From Lytechinus pictus (Eukaryota), in contig NC_087250.1 in assembly GCF_037042905.1 (NCBI RefSeq), positions 6,572,001 to 6,636,000 of the forward strand: DNA of 64,000 bases, in the 5' to 3' direction. The notes beneath the pieces were generated by a model. It saw only the letters and a list, made by a program, of their open reading frames with translations, did not search any database and was not told where the DNA came from. The position numbers and the translations under genes were made by a program. Below, piece by piece: positions 12,842-26,739 of this stretch. Within the stretch, counting starts at the first letter, position 1, and every line of letters begins with the position of its first letter.

Positions 12842-13214
12842 CCCTTTCATAAACCCAATTATGTGGCTAATATCAGCATAATTTGGTCGTGAAATCGGAG
12901 GAGGACCAGAGTTATCCGCATTATTTTGATGCTGCAATTATCCGCATAATAGCGGCATCGGGACCGGATTTTGACTTTATGAACGCATTTCAAAAATAAT
13001 GCGGATAATTGCCATGGTGCGGTCACAAGGTCACCCTTTTCCAACACAACCGCATCGGAGGGGGTGTGTGCGGTTGCCATAACGATTATCCGCCTTTTTC
13101 AGGACGGGCGCTCGTAAAAATAATGCGGATAATTTTTGGAGTTTGTGAACGCATTTTTTATTGAATTATCCGCATTACTTTTAGGCGGCTAATTGGAGGA
13201 TGGGTTTGTGAAAG
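12842..13214. mobile_element. MITE (Harbinger-like) with internal ATCCGCAT/ATGCGGAT repeats
   Basis: CTTTCATAAACCCA ... TGGGTTTGTGAAAG inverted ends. Confidence 0.6.
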
Positions 13215-13835
13215 ACAACCTACCGCATACAAGTTTATTTAGAAAAAAAGAGAATATTACATAATTACATAAGGTGATAAGTCGGTGTAGCGTTACATCT
13301 TACAAAGAAGTTGTCAGCACTACGTGCTGCCTCCTCACATTATCTACATTTGCACAGGTTGAGATATTAAGCATTTTATGTGTTTTTTTTCAAATCCTTT
13401 CAAAACTCAAAGCTATTCAGTATTACCTTATCATCGAATTGTAGAGTATGTTTTTACCAATTTCAATCTCTCTCCCCAACCAATATTGTTGCTGCTTTTT
13501 TTTAGATATTGGGAACAAAATATATACTTAGGGGAAAGTCGAAGCGAATGTTCGGTTTACCCATGACAAAAAAAACGAAGTATCTACAGATGAAAGATAA
13601 TTCCATTCAGTTGTCATGGTTCTATCGTTCGTTATCAATTGCGCAATATTGGCTTCATAAGAACATATCTCACTCGCTCAGCAACAGAGAAACTGGTACA
13701 TTCACTCATTTTTTTTCTGCACGATTCGAATTAAGCATTGAATAAAAATAAATCAATAACACTTGCTCATTGGCAAAATATTGTCAAATGTTGTCATTTT
13801 AGCATGCCAACCTTATTTCCAGAAGTCGTTGCTTA

Positions 13836-13980
13836 CACTGTAAAAATGAAGTGCTAATGTAGCACTTACAGTGCTTGTATAGTGACTGCACTACGAATGC
13901 TGATTTTCTAGTTCAAATTTAAACTAGAAAATAAGCACTCGTAGTGTAGTCACTATACAAGCACTTCATTTTATACAGAG
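13836..13980. mobile_element. Hairpin MITE with CACT..AAAAA termini (EnSpm/CACTA-like)
   Basis: CACTGTAAAAATGAAGTGCT ... AGCACTTCATTTTATACAGAG, almost fully self-complementary around TTCAAATTTAAA. A related copy lies at ~49755-49912. Confidence 0.8.
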
Positions 13981-14004
13981 TATGGTGTACAACATACCCA
14001 CCAT

Positions 14005-14275
14005 TACACCCACTTCCCAGGGCAATGATAACCCTGGCGTAATGTCCACAAACCAGACACTAGATTAAGGCAAAAAAAAAATTATGATATATAGATTTAC
14101 GTTAGTTATCAATGTAGTGCCGAACCTGGAGATAGGTGCTTATTGTTATTTAAATATTCAAGTACAACAAAAGTACAAAATACGGGAAAAATATCTAACC
14201 ACAATCGTTCGTGACATCATTACTCGCTATGCTTTTCCCTCTCTTCTATCTGTATTTCCCGCCGCCCGGGCGCCC

Positions 14276-14316
<41 letters not shown>

Positions 14317-14555
14317 CTTCTCTCATTTTCTACTCCCTCTTCTATATCGGAAAATTAACAAAGCTTTTTATCAAGAGATAGGAGTAAGAAGGTTGCAGCT
14401 AGTTTTTTTCTTGCCTTGATTTTGAATAAAGAACACATTTTTTCTTTTCAATTCATTTTAAAAGTCGCCACGGTGCAACGTTGCCAAATTCGTAAACATC
14501 ATTGTCAATCAGGTGAAAAAATAGTGATATGATAAAACGCCTAACCGTGACATGC
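14005..14555 (+). repeat. Local duplication, copy B of 11460-11985
   Basis: Same collinear blocks as copy A. Confidence 0.8.
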
Positions 14556-15514
14556 GCCGTCGGCAATTTGAATACTCAAAGGAAGCAGGAATTTGACTTT
14601 ATTTTGGTGATTTGTTTATACATATATTTTTTTCTTTTGGGGTGGGGGACTGAAACTGTGTTGAAAAAAATCACATAAGTCAGCAAGATGGACAATAGAA
14701 TATTAGTGGAATGGTAGTTACAATTACTGTTGATATAGATGTATGCTATACATTATTTGGTTTATTGTCTTATCGCCGACCTCAAATTAGAAGCTCGTGT
14801 GAACGCACTTTAGGGACTAGTCGATCAAACATTTCGAGCGTGGCGATGTTGTCATTATTCCAAAACTGATGCCTCACCACATTATTTGAAGATATGTGAT
14901 CATCATTACTTCGTGAAGGCAATCACATTAGAATATTCAGACTCGTTTGAAGATGGATTGTAAAGAAAGAACGTTCCAAATATAATTATATTCAAATGTA
15001 TTTTGTTTAAGTCTACATCTACATCTACATCATCCTTTACCCTTCTAAACATATTTCACTTTACAAATATCTTTTAGCTTGATGAAACTGTAATGAGCTC
15101 ATGCACGCGAACCCATTTCACGAATATTACTATGAAACATTATAACGCATATTTAAGTTCACGAAGACCTGTTACAACCGATAACGTCGCAGCGACGCAT
15201 ACAAGAGAGTTTTCCAAATCAGGACGCGACCGCTCTCTTACAATGCACCAATTCCTTTTAAAACGCAAGTCAAATCACAACGGAGAGCTGAGAGGCTTCA
15301 GTCGAAAGTTAGTGGTTCGGGACTGCAGATTATCCGAAGATTTGGACTGGCCGAATAATCGCAAATATGTCTTGGTCAAATCACGAGACGGTGCTGCTGT
15401 CCACCTAAAAAAAGCCTCTCAGATATGTCTTTGATTTTACTCACATTCTCAAGGACTTTGTGCGTTGTAGAGAGCGGTCACGTCATGATTGCGACAACTC
15501 TCTATTGTCGCACC

Positions 15515-15810
15515 AACGCATTATGTCGCAAAGTGTGTCATTATTCAATGATCGTCTACTCATGCCACAGCCAGCCCATAATGTCGCAAAGTGTGACATT
15601 ATGCGATGATCGTCCCATGCATGTCCCAGCCAACGCATAATGTTGCAAAGTGTGACAGGATACGATGATCGTCCTACGCATGTCACAGCCAACGCATAAT
15701 GTCGCAAAGTGTGACATGATGCAAAGATCGCCCACGCATGTAACAGCCAACGCATAGTGTTGTTAATTTACTAACGCATAATGCCTTATGTCCTCACGAA
15801 TAATGTCGCA
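15515..15810. repeat. 59-bp minisatellite, ~4.5 copies
   Basis: Unit AACGCATAATGTCGCAAAGTGTGACA...ATGATCGTCC.ACGCATGTCACAGCC. It accounts for the repetitive ORFs at 15425-15755. Confidence 0.9.
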
Positions 15811-16214
15811 GGACGTCAAATGTCTTAACTGCGGTAGGACATTGGTTAATATAGCAGTGTTATTTTTTGATAAGGAATCTTAATTTTTACAATAATCATC
15901 TGCCGGGGGAACATGGAACATGGGGAAATAGGGAGAAGGATGGCATGAAAGCATAGGTAGGACGGTTAAAGCAGTTACATGGGCCTAAATATTATGTCAA
16001 TGGAAGTCGTATTTAGCTGAGCGAGTGAACGTGTTGCGAAGCTAAAATATTCTTCTTTCAAAATGATCTGCCTAGATTGTGTAAACTGTTAAGGTTTAGG
16101 TCGGATATTTTGCTACCACGACGGACCCATTTTTTATTGATAATGATTTGGGGGTCGATTTCTAGATCTATGACCTCATTTTCCAGCTGAACATGTGTAA
16201 TGCTGATGACTTAT

Positions 16215-17170
16215 TGTTTGTTTCTCTTTTGTATAAGCGCCTCTTTTTGGACGGCGGCAGCGGCATTAAAATCTGAACTAAGGTTTAGTTTTGGAAATAT
16301 CATCATAACTTTAAAGTACATTGAACCTGGTTCATGAAACCTGAGCGTATTGGTAATTAAGTATTAGTAAACATCCTGTCTGGGTTTCAGGTCACATGTC
16401 CAAGGTCGAAAGTTAATTAGGGTCAACAAACTTAGATCATGTTGGGGAATCAACAGCAACATCTTACCCAAGGTTAAGCTTTTGAAAATGTTGTCACAAC
16501 AATAAAAAAAATGTGGATCTAGTTTATGAAACTTGGATTAAAGAGCAATCAATTACCACATTACATCCAGCGTCAGTTTCAAATCACAAGCCCAAGGTTA
16601 AAAGTCATAATAAGGGTCAACAAATTTTTGCCATGTTAGGGTAATTGTTAAATTATCTTCGCAAGTATATGAAGCTAGTTCATGAAACTTTGATACTGAC
16701 TTTCACACGGTAAAATAAATCGTAATTGGAATGATGATTCCAGTGAAAAAATAGCTTAATGACAGATTTAACAGGTGTAAAACCAAACTAAACATGATTA
16801 GAGTCACGAACGCCAATCACTGTCACAATTACACTAGTAATCTCATTACAATTCACTTGTGTAAAGGCCCTTAGACATGGCCAACGAATTGTGACTATTA
16901 GTGAATTGTCATCATAACATTAAACATTTGTGGATCTAGTTCATGAAACGTAGATATAAGGGTAATCCAGTACCACTGATTGATTTGCACTATGATTAGG
17001 TCACATAAACGAGGTCAAAGGTTATTTACGGCCAATGAACATAGTGCATGTATTTTGTTATCATATGAATGGTGTTTTTTTTTTCTTTTAAATAATTATT
17101 CAATAGTTGTTTTCAAAGTCAGCACTGCTGCTATATTGAATCGCGTAATGCAAGCGAGACTTCCAAGGCC
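16215..17170 (+). mobile_element. Degenerate Helentron-associated (HINE/DINE-1-like) element
   Basis: (GGC)n near the 5' end, ~140-150-bp tandem units with TAGTTCATGAAACT and CAAGGTC.AAGGTCA, and 3' GCTGCTATATTGAATCGCG...TGCAAGCGAGAC. Homologous to 26740-27679. Confidence 0.7.
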
Positions 17171-17948
17171 TTATTATTATTATTATTATTTTTTGGTTTG
17201 GCAGAAATTCAATACCGAGTTTGAACTGTGTATCTATGTTGATAACAATAATTCCAATTGGCAAGCCAGCTTATGAGCGACATCAGAAATACATAAAAAG
17301 ACACGTTTCTCTTAGTATCAGTAGGTAATGAATCATTTCGCCGTTGGGGGTACAAGCGTGTTCGTGGAAAATGTTAACAACCTGATAAAATATGTTATGA
17401 GGAAAAGGAAAGAGGTGAATTTGCGTGCGTTTTTTTTATATATTTTTTGGGGAAATGGGGCAGGTGTCGAGGATTACTGCTGAACGTGCAAAAAAAAATC
17501 GTTTGGTTACTTTACCCACACTCAGATGTAGTCTGAATTCCGATAACGTTCTGACTTTGAATAATCTAAGAGCACTTGACGAGATAATTGGGTACTGCAT
17601 TACTCAATAATTATGTAAATTGTGTATTATTTTTGTTATTTGTTGTTATACCTGTTTTTTTTCTTAAGGTTTAGGTAGGGCATCAAAGCATCCTACTACA
17701 TGTACATATACCGCGCCTGTATTGAGGCATACCCGGCCTGACACACTGCAACAATCACCAAATTTAAGTCGTTTCATCAAAATGTGAATATTTCATAGCT
17801 CGCTCGACACGTACACTCGCTCAGCTGAATAAAATTAACATCGCCATACCGTTGTAAAGTTAGCTGTCCGACATCTGTCGCTTAGACCCGTCCCTAAATC
17901 CTCCCCTGGCGTAATGCCATGTTTACATTATGCCTACGCGAACAGCGT

Positions 17949-18252
17949 GGAGCGTTGTGGCCTAGTGGATTAGTCTTCGGACTTTGAAACAGAGGGTCGT
18001 GGGTTCGAATCCCAGCCATGGCGTAATTTCCTTCGGCAAGAAATTTATCCACATTGTGCTGCACTCGACCCAGGTTTGGTGAATGGGTACCCGGTAGGAT
18101 TTATTCCTTGAATGCTTTAGCGCCTATATGGCCGCTCAGCAACAGCCGGGGTAATAATAATATACCAAGTATATTTCAGCGCCTTGAGCACATAATCAAT
18201 TTGGATTTGGCGCTTTATAAATACTCTATATTATTATTATTATTGTTATTAT
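17949..18252 (+). mobile_element. tRNA-derived SINE (Gln-like head, central Deu/Nin-like domain, (TAT)n tail)
   Basis: Box A TGGCCTAGTGG (17958), anticodon-like loop GACTTTGAA, box B GGTTCGAATCC (18002), CCCAGGT...AATGGGTAC core, GCGCTTTATAAAT plus (TAT)n tail. Confidence 0.85.
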
Positions 18253-18469
18253 TTCAATATTGGACGCCCCCACTTTTTTCTTCTCCTGTCTTATCTTCTT
18301 TGTCCATGTTCATTATTTAAAATATAATAAAAGAATTAAGACGTTCTTGTTCCTAGTTGAGGTAAAATCACTACAGGGGGTGTGCGAGTCCTTTGGGTAA
18401 ATGTATGTACATGTAACTGCGTCCCAGCTCAACCACTAGCATTGACAATTTGACGTCGAAATTGTAAAT

Positions 18470-20150
18470 TGTCATTATCATTGCTGTTACTATTATCATC
18501 GTCATCATTAGCATCTGTAGTATCACTGTTACTAATAGTATTATTGCTACTGTTGTGAGGATATTGATTGTTATCAAGATTATTATTATTACGATCATGA
18601 TGATGATTGGTATTTTTCACTGTCTGGCTATGGGGGCGTTTTTTTAGGGGGGGGTGGGTCATTCTCGGTCTCTACTTAATTCACCAGAATAGTATGCTTT
18701 GGGAAAATGAATACAGAGCGAAATGTGAAGGTTGCGGTTTTATGTTTGGTTGCCTTTAGAAATATGAAAACATCTACCCTTGGACTTTTCACAATAGAAT
18801 TGTTTTTCCGAAATTTCAGTTCCGCCAAAAACACAAATATAATGGATATTTTAAAACCCGACAAAAAACCGCCAACACAATCAACCGAGTCATTCAACCA
18901 TGTATTTTCATTACTGGAGTTCCTTATTATCCCTCAATTTAAAGACTTTATTTTAAGAGAAAAAAAATAAACTGACACGTTTTACACTAAATGAAACCTG
19001 ATAAGTTAAATACAAAATACAACAAAGCCAGTCTCACACATTCTTACATATTAAAGCAAAGTTTTTCTTGTTTATATATATATATATAGCATTTATGAGA
19101 CGCCGATACATTAGACACATTCATAGTCTTCAACCTCAACTACTTATATGGAGGATGCAGTGTTTGCTTGTAGAAAATTTCCATTACTTTCTTGTTTTTC
19201 AGTTCACAAATTAAAATATTGTTGGAAGATTTGCAAAGAAAATTGTATCTAAAATTAGTTTAGTGCCTAAATCAAGATTTTACCCACAGCTTGTGATTTA
19301 TTTTCTTCTCTCGTTCTACCACCCATTTGGCCATAACTGCTATGTCAGGTAAACGTGTCTCAATGCAGATCAAAGTGAAATGCTATGCGAAAAAAGCAGC
19401 AATAAAACTGTGATAAAATTAAGTTATAGAGCTTGGGTTTCATCGTTAAAGGCAGGAAACAGTAGCATTGTTGGTTTTCAGTACGTATTGTCCTTAAATT
19501 GTATAATTCATAATTAGGAAAGTAGCATGATCAATCTTGACTACAAAACTTGGCTACAATCTTGGCTGCCTGAAATCTCAACTCAAACCTAATGGAATGA
19601 AATCATAATATTTCAGGTCATCGGTAGGCGCAACGGGGGCCATAATCAAGATTCACGAATTCTGGTCTTTATTAAGTACAGAACCTTGCTGGTAAGCAGT
19701 GAAAATGCATGAAATCTTCAAAGCTCTTTACAGCTTTTAAATAAACATTCTGGCTTCCAATATGGTCTTTAAAATGACATAATTACATGTTCTAACCCGG
19801 TTTTCCATTTTCATGCTTGATCTGGGACCAAAGAAATGCACTCTGATAATACTCTAAGAAAGGAAAATACCTAGACTTTGCAAAACGATGAACAAACACG
19901 AATGACGTGCAACCCATAAATTGAATCATCCATGCGGAATTAACCGTGGAGTGATTAGTATCATTGACATGAAAGTGTGCATTCAATCTGATTTTGTATC
20001 TTCATTTCGAATAATAGAATGATAAAGATTTATCACCAAACTATACTGAAATCAAAAGAAAACCCTGCACGTGATAAAGCGAGCAACGACTGGATTATGG
20101 GAAGCAGATTGATATTTCCGTTTAGGTTATCGTGGTTGTATGGCATTACC
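18470..20150 (+). repeat. Segment duplicated (with deletions) at ~25075-25965
   Basis: Shared blocks TGTCTGGCTATG...GAAAATGAATACAG, CCATTACTTTCTTG...GATTTTACCCACAGCTT, ATGCATGAAATCTTCA...GATTGATATTTCCGTTTAG. Confidence 0.85.
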
Positions 20151-20476
20151 AAACACCACTTTAAAATATTTCCACCGTACATTTTCGGTTGGTGTATTAC
20201 CCATTGAACTAATCCTCATTTCGTCCAACGTCACATAGTCTAAACCCATTTTGTCTACATCCAATATTTTTTTTTTATCCATTGCGTCTAATAAGACAAT
20301 TTGTAGTTCCATTTTATGCATGATCAGAAGAAGTGTCATTTGAACTCAATGGCATTATGGTTCAATATTCAATGAGATGAGCACCAACTTGGTTTTTTTT
20401 TTTTATACAGGTTTACCTTTAACTTGTGTTTTTCTTAAAATCCACTGGAAAACAACAATGCGTCCATTAGCGACTA

Positions 20477-20702
20477 CACTCTAATTAAGGGTTTACCCAA
20501 TATTAGGTGAAATTGAACATGCATGTTTGTTACATGTAGGTAAAAGATACCGAATATTTTGTAGAGTTTACGTAATGTTGCGTTGAAATCTACCCTCAAA
20601 CAAGCATTTTTCCCAATTTTGACGGAAAAAAATACCCAGCAAACATGAATGTTCCCTTTCTTCCCAATATTAGGTATATTTTCACTCTCTGTTTTTAGAG
20701 TG
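20477..20702. mobile_element. CACT-terminated MITE (TA flanks), same family as 23155-23354
   Basis: ta|CACTCTAA... ...TTTTTAGAGTG|ta, with internal TACCCAATATT repeats. Confidence 0.8.
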
Positions 20703-21584
20703 TAGTATTTTGGAGTTAGCCAAGTACACCGTAAAAACAGATATCATATTGCCTTCAAATTGGAAATGGAACATTAATGTACAGTTCTGGACTTCGAAAT
20801 TTCTACATCCTATTATATCAAGATGCTGACGCTAAAACTTCTTTTGAAATTTGCCTACCGTAATAAATGAAAGGAAAGATCGTTTGTACTAATATGTCAA
20901 TGAGGTATAATGTAACTGTAAAATTGCTTATTTTCACTGGAACTAATATCCGAATCGTCAAACTATGATTTCACCTTGATAAATATAATCCATTAACAAG
21001 TCACAAGATGTTCTTGCTGAATTGTAAAACATTTTCTACTAATGTATATAATTTATTGGTGCTATCATTTATGTATATTGTGATTTCATTTTGAAGCCAT
21101 ACAATATTTAATAAAAAAATAAAGTATTCAATGTGTCCGATGACAAGCTGGACTACCACCCTTTAGTCTAATTCCCAGTTGGTCTAATTTTCACTAGTTC
21201 TAATTTCCGGTATGTGTATCATTTAGTTCGTTTGCAAGCAACTTGATCTATTATTCATTTTGGCTACACTCTGTATGTCTACACTCTGTCTACACTCATC
21301 ATATTAAATATATAGTGATGAAAGTAGATGATCTAGAAGTACTAGTTGTAGTAGTAGTGTGGCAGTAGAAGTAGTAGAGGTAGTAGTTCTGAAAATGGGG
21401 ATTTTATTATTACAGTAATCACAATCGTAATTATCATCATCACCACCACTTGCATAGTTTACATGGATAATGAATTGGGGGCATAAGAATAGCAAGTTTA
21501 TGAAGGAACGCAGGGTATTTTTCTCTCTTTTTCCTTTCTTATTTTACACGAGTGTTATTGAAAGCTCTTTGACTGTGTAATTCA

Positions 21585-22208
21585 AAAGACAAGTCCACCC
21601 CAACATGAAGTGGAGTAAAAAGAGAAAAACTTAACAAGAATAACAGACAACATTTCATCAAAATCGGGAAAAAAAAAACAGTTTTATGACATTTTAAAGG
21701 TTCGCTTAAGTAAAAAAAAAAAAAAAAAAAAACAATTATAATCACATCTTGGTCTGTATGCAAATGAGGAGACTGATGACGTCATCCACTCACTATTTAT
21801 TTTGTATTTCATTATATGAAATACGAAATATTGTATTTTCCTCCTCATTGCCAAGTAAAACAACGGGTATTTCCTCAATGAACATGTGGGATTAGCATTG
21901 TTTGATACCGTATGGTTCAGTCAAGTTCAAGTTTTTTCCTTATTTTCAAATCTGTTAAAAAAAAAATGAAATATTTTTTAATTCAAGCAATAGAAAACTA
22001 AATAAATAGTGGTGAGGGACACCATTGACTATCTCATTTGAATGTCACCGAGTTGTGCATATCACTGTTTTGTGAAAATAAGCGAAACTATACAATGTCA
22101 TAACTTTCTTATTCTGCATCCGATTTTGATGAAAATTTCAGCGTTATGTTAGTTTGATTTTTCTCTATTTATTCAAATCAATATTTTACTGGGGTGGACT
22201 TGACCTTT
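21585..22208. mobile_element. Kolobok-like MITE
   Basis: TIRs AAAGACAAGTCCACCCC / GGGGTGGACTTGACCTTT. Subterminal TTTCATCAAAATCGG / CCGATTTTGATGAAA also occur in 61279-61884. Confidence 0.7.
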
Positions 22209-22369
22209 TATAAAAATAGGCATATATCTTTATATTCCTTCCCCATCCCTCTCGTTCTCATTTACATGTAAGAAAATAGATAACATAATGCCTACATGTA
22301 GATCAGACAATATCATGATAAAAAATAACAAGAAAAAATATATAGATTTTAGGTATAAAGGCATAATGG

Positions 22370-22835
22370 GAGGAGCCCGATAGGCCATTAGCCCAAATGG
22401 AAATTAAAATATATGCTGAGCACAAGAAGTACTCAAAGCAATTACACAAAATGAATATTGGCTTCGGTGAAAAATAGACGAAGCGGTAATAGAAGATATG
22501 GAAATGAGACCAACTGCCCATTGGACCAAATACAACAGACGAAATAAATAACCTAGGGGGGATTTAATAGACGAACAAGTATTAGACCAGCTAATAGTGG
22601 ACAAACCGACAATTACACATGCAACTAGATCAAGTGAAATGTTACACGAAATGAAAATAGACCAAAATGACTAGTTGTAGACGAAATAAATATTGGACCA
22701 AGTTACAATTAGCCAAAGTGGTCAATAGACCAAGTGACATGTAGAGTAGCGTAGATGAAAAGTGGACTAATTAATGGGTTTAGCCCGGATGCTGCTAGCC
22801 AATATGAAGATTAGACAAAGTTATTAGACCAAGCA
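22370..22835. repeat. Dispersed short-period 'AGACCAA' repeat family (also ~8730-9130, 20150-20340, 21140-21300, 32620-32720)
   Basis: Recurring (T)AGACCAA / TTGGTCTA motifs at ~15-20-bp spacing. Confidence 0.55.
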
Positions 22836-23154
22836 GTAGCAAACAATTTCAACGACGCCAAAGCGTTTTGGAGCACCGTCTGTTTGGGCTTCAAACAGGG
22901 CATATCTAGGAGTGCAAGGGGGCACGGGCGCCACTTTCAGTGGGCGCAAATACGGCCAAAAATACCCCTAACCAAAGAGAATAGCAGCAAAGAGGGTTTT
23001 TAACTGTTTCTGGTACTATTTGACCTAGGGAATAATATACTAAAAATCTCCCCAATTCCGCATCCAGGAAAGTGGTAGTGTTTTAGGATGGCCACCATTC
23101 ATCGAAAATGGTCATAACTTACCATTATCCACCCCAGACGTATTGAATAATCTA

Positions 23155-23354
23155 CACTCTAAAAACGGTTTACCCAATATTGGGTAAAATGGGAACATGC
23201 ATGTTGGTTGGGTAAAAATATACCCAATATTTTGTAAATTTTACTCAATGTTGCGTTGAAATAGCCCAATATGGGGTAAAAAGATACCCAGCAAACATGC
23301 ATGTTCCCTTTCTACCCAATATTGGGTAAAATTTTACTCATTGTTTTTAGAGTG
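23155..23354. mobile_element. CACT-terminated MITE nested in the foldback element
   Basis: ta|CACTCTAAAAAC ... GTTTTTAGAGTG|ta. Confidence 0.85.
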
Positions 23355-26300
23355 TAGGGGGTAAAAATATTTATTGATACAGGTATTGGAGTGAGTGTAA
23401 CTACTCAAGGGTACCTTATAAATCCAAGATGGCGTCCAAATGACTGCCATAATATTAAAATCCATAATTCATCTAGTACTCACTGTGTTGCTCAAATTTG
23501 ATATCCATTCAATGGCTTTTGAGGATAAGTTGAAGATTAGGACAAATTACAGGGACATTATATTGTATGTCCAAAACTCCAGATGGCTTCATAAGTGGAG
23601 TCTAAAATGATTGTTGGTACTTCAAGCGGACATAGCTCATGTCATATTCGCCTGGGATATGTAATTTTGGTGGCTAAACCGTGGTTTAAGTGTCAAATAA
23701 TAATTTTAGACAAGTTACTTGTTCGATATCCACCTGGGGAATATGGTTTTGGCGTCTAAACTATGGTTTAAAGGGTCAAGTAATAAATTGGAACAAGTTA
23801 GTCCTGCTAGGACATTCAGTGGTCCAGTATGTCCAAATATCCAAGATGAATTTAAAATGACTTAAGTTACTTACAAATTGAAATAGTTCATTAGGTATCA
23901 ACCTGGGAGATGCAATTTTTAACATGGTTTCAATGGTCAGGAAATACACTGGGAGTTACAAGGACTGTCAGGGGTACAATATGTCAATAAAAATCCTAGA
24001 TGGCTTCCTAAAATTGGGTCTAAAAATATTGACGTTACTTAAAAAATTACACGATTCATTAGAATTAGGCCTCAGAGATTTGAATTTCCTGTCTAAACTA
24101 TGGTTTAATAGGTCAAGAAACAAACTGGGCCTAGTTGAAAGGACAGTTCGGTATCCAGTTTGTCCTTAAATCCAAAATGGCTTCCAAAAGTGTAATTTTA
24201 GATGACTGATGTTACTTGCAAATAAACAAAGTTGATTTAACATACGCCTTGGAGATATGTTTTTAGTATTTGTAACATGGTTTTAAGGGTCAGGAAATAC
24301 AGTCGGACAGATTGAAAGGACGGAAAGGGGACCAATATGTCAAAATTCAAGATGGCTTTCGAAAATTGGGTCTAAATTGACTGCTATTTCCTAGAAAATT
24401 GACTCAGTTAAATAAATTACACGTGGGATATTTGATTTTATTGTGTACACTAGTTTTCAAGGATGAAATAATACTTTAGGACTGCTTAAAATGTATTGCC
24501 AATTCTGCCTAAAGACCAAGATGGCTTTTTAAGGGCCTCAAAAATCATTCCCATCACTTAAATATAGTCATAGATTATACAATATCCGCCAGTGAGAAAT
24601 AATTTTGGTGCCTACACCAAAATTAGGGATGGTTAATCATATTGTTTCATGAGTAGATAAGAACACACATTTTTAGGCAGTTTTTTGATTTTTGGACAAA
24701 ATGGAAAATGAACCACCTTTTTTTACAAGTTCTAGTGTATTGTATGACCCTTCAAGCCACAGTGTAGACATCTACATTATACGTCACGATTGATATTTTA
24801 TCAACTTTTTCCATTTTTATTCCATTTTGTTTTGGACGCAATTTTAGAGCCCTTTCGGATTTTTGGCCAAATTGACTACCGCATATCATGGTAAACAGTC
24901 CAAAAATATATGTTCACCCAAGAAACCGTAGTTTAGATTAAAATGTCATATTCCCCAGGTGGATATTGAACAAAATATGTCAATTTGTAGGTAATTGTCG
25001 TCATACTCTAGTTTTAGAAGCCATGTTTGATTTTTGGATACTCTTTGACCATGGACTTTTGACTTCGAGACTTTAAAGTTTCATTATAATTACTATCATT
25101 ATTACCAAATAATGGTACTTTTATGAGGATATTTATTGCTGTCAATATTACTATTATTATTCTGATGCTGATGCTGCTGATGATGATGATAATTGGTATC
25201 TTTATTGTCTGGCTATGTGGGTGGGGGCGTTTTTTCGGCGGGAGGGGCATTGCCAGTCTCTACTCAATATACCAGAATCGTACGCCTTGAGAAAATGAAT
25301 ACAGGGACGGATGCTTTGGGTGCAGTGTTATTTTTGGTTGATCCTTATAAAGATGAAAATATCTACTTAGAAAAGTCCCATTACTTTCTTGCTGTCCAGT
25401 TCACAAATCGAAATATTGTTGGAAGATTTGCAAAGAAAATAGTATTTAAAATTAGTTTAGTGCCTAAATCAAGATTTTACCCACAGCTTCAAACCATATT
25501 TTTGTGATTTATTTTATTTTCTGATGCATGAAATCTTCACAGCTCTTCACAACTTTCCAACATTATTTTGGCTTCCAATATGGTCTTTAAAATGATATCA
25601 TTACATGTTCTAACCCGGTTGTCCGTCTTCATGCTTGAACTTGGACTAAAGAAATACACTATGATAATACTAAAAAAAAAATACCCCGACAAAAACGAAG
25701 AACAAACACGAATGACGTGCAAACCATAAATTGAATCATCCATGCGGAATTAACCGTGGAGTTATTATAATTAGTATCATTGGCATGAAAGTATGCCACA
25801 AAACTTATTGTTCATTTCGGATGATAGAATGATAAAGATTTATCATCAAACTAAACTGATATCAAAAGAAAACCCTGTATGTAATTTAAGCAATCAATGA
25901 CTGGATTATGGGAAGCAGATTGATATTTCCGTTTAGTAAATCGTGTTTGTATGACATTACGAAAGAAATATATATTTTTGTGTCTAAACCGTGGCTTAAA
26001 GTGTCAAATAATACATTGGGACAAGTTACATGTACAATAACGGTCAGTGGTTAAGCATGTCAACAAAATTCCAAGATTGAGACCGTAGTTTAGATTACAA
26101 AATCATATTCCCCAGATGGATATTGAACAAAATATGCAATTTTTTTAAGAAACAGCAGTCATAATCTAGTTTAGGAAGTCATCTGAGATTTTTCGGACAC
26201 TCTTTGACCATTGGCTGTCCTTGTAACTTGTCCCAATGTATTGTTTACCCTTAAAACCACGAGCTGGACATCAAAATCATGTCTCCAAGGCGAATATGAA

Positions 26301-26739
26301 ATGAGCTATGTTACTTTTAAGTATCAGCAACCATTTCAGATTACATTTTTGGAAGCCATTTTGGATTTTTGGACATACACCAAACCATAGACTGTCCTTG
26401 AAACTTGCACTTATGTAAAACTTGACCTTTAAAACCATCAAATGGATACTAAATTGATCAAATATATTGTTTTGGACGCCATCTTGAATTTTGAAGTACA
26501 TTTTAGTGATTATATTTACTATAACCTGTATCAACAAATCTACTTACCCCTTGGATCATGGAATATGCACCGAAATAGGACGTCTTGGGTGGAAAATGAG
26601 AAAGATTTATCAATTTACATTGACTGACTGTTGGCCTTCTTGGACGTCATGTTAAAAATAATCACTTTCCCGGTTTGTATAAATTTTAGTATGTTATTCC
26701 TGATGTCAAATAGTACCAGAAACAGATGAAAAAAAAAAA

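Noticed and set aside
17949-18022. Possible tRNA-Gln(TTG) gene
   Set aside because: The acceptor stem does not pair and the sequence continues into a SINE body and (TAT)n tail.
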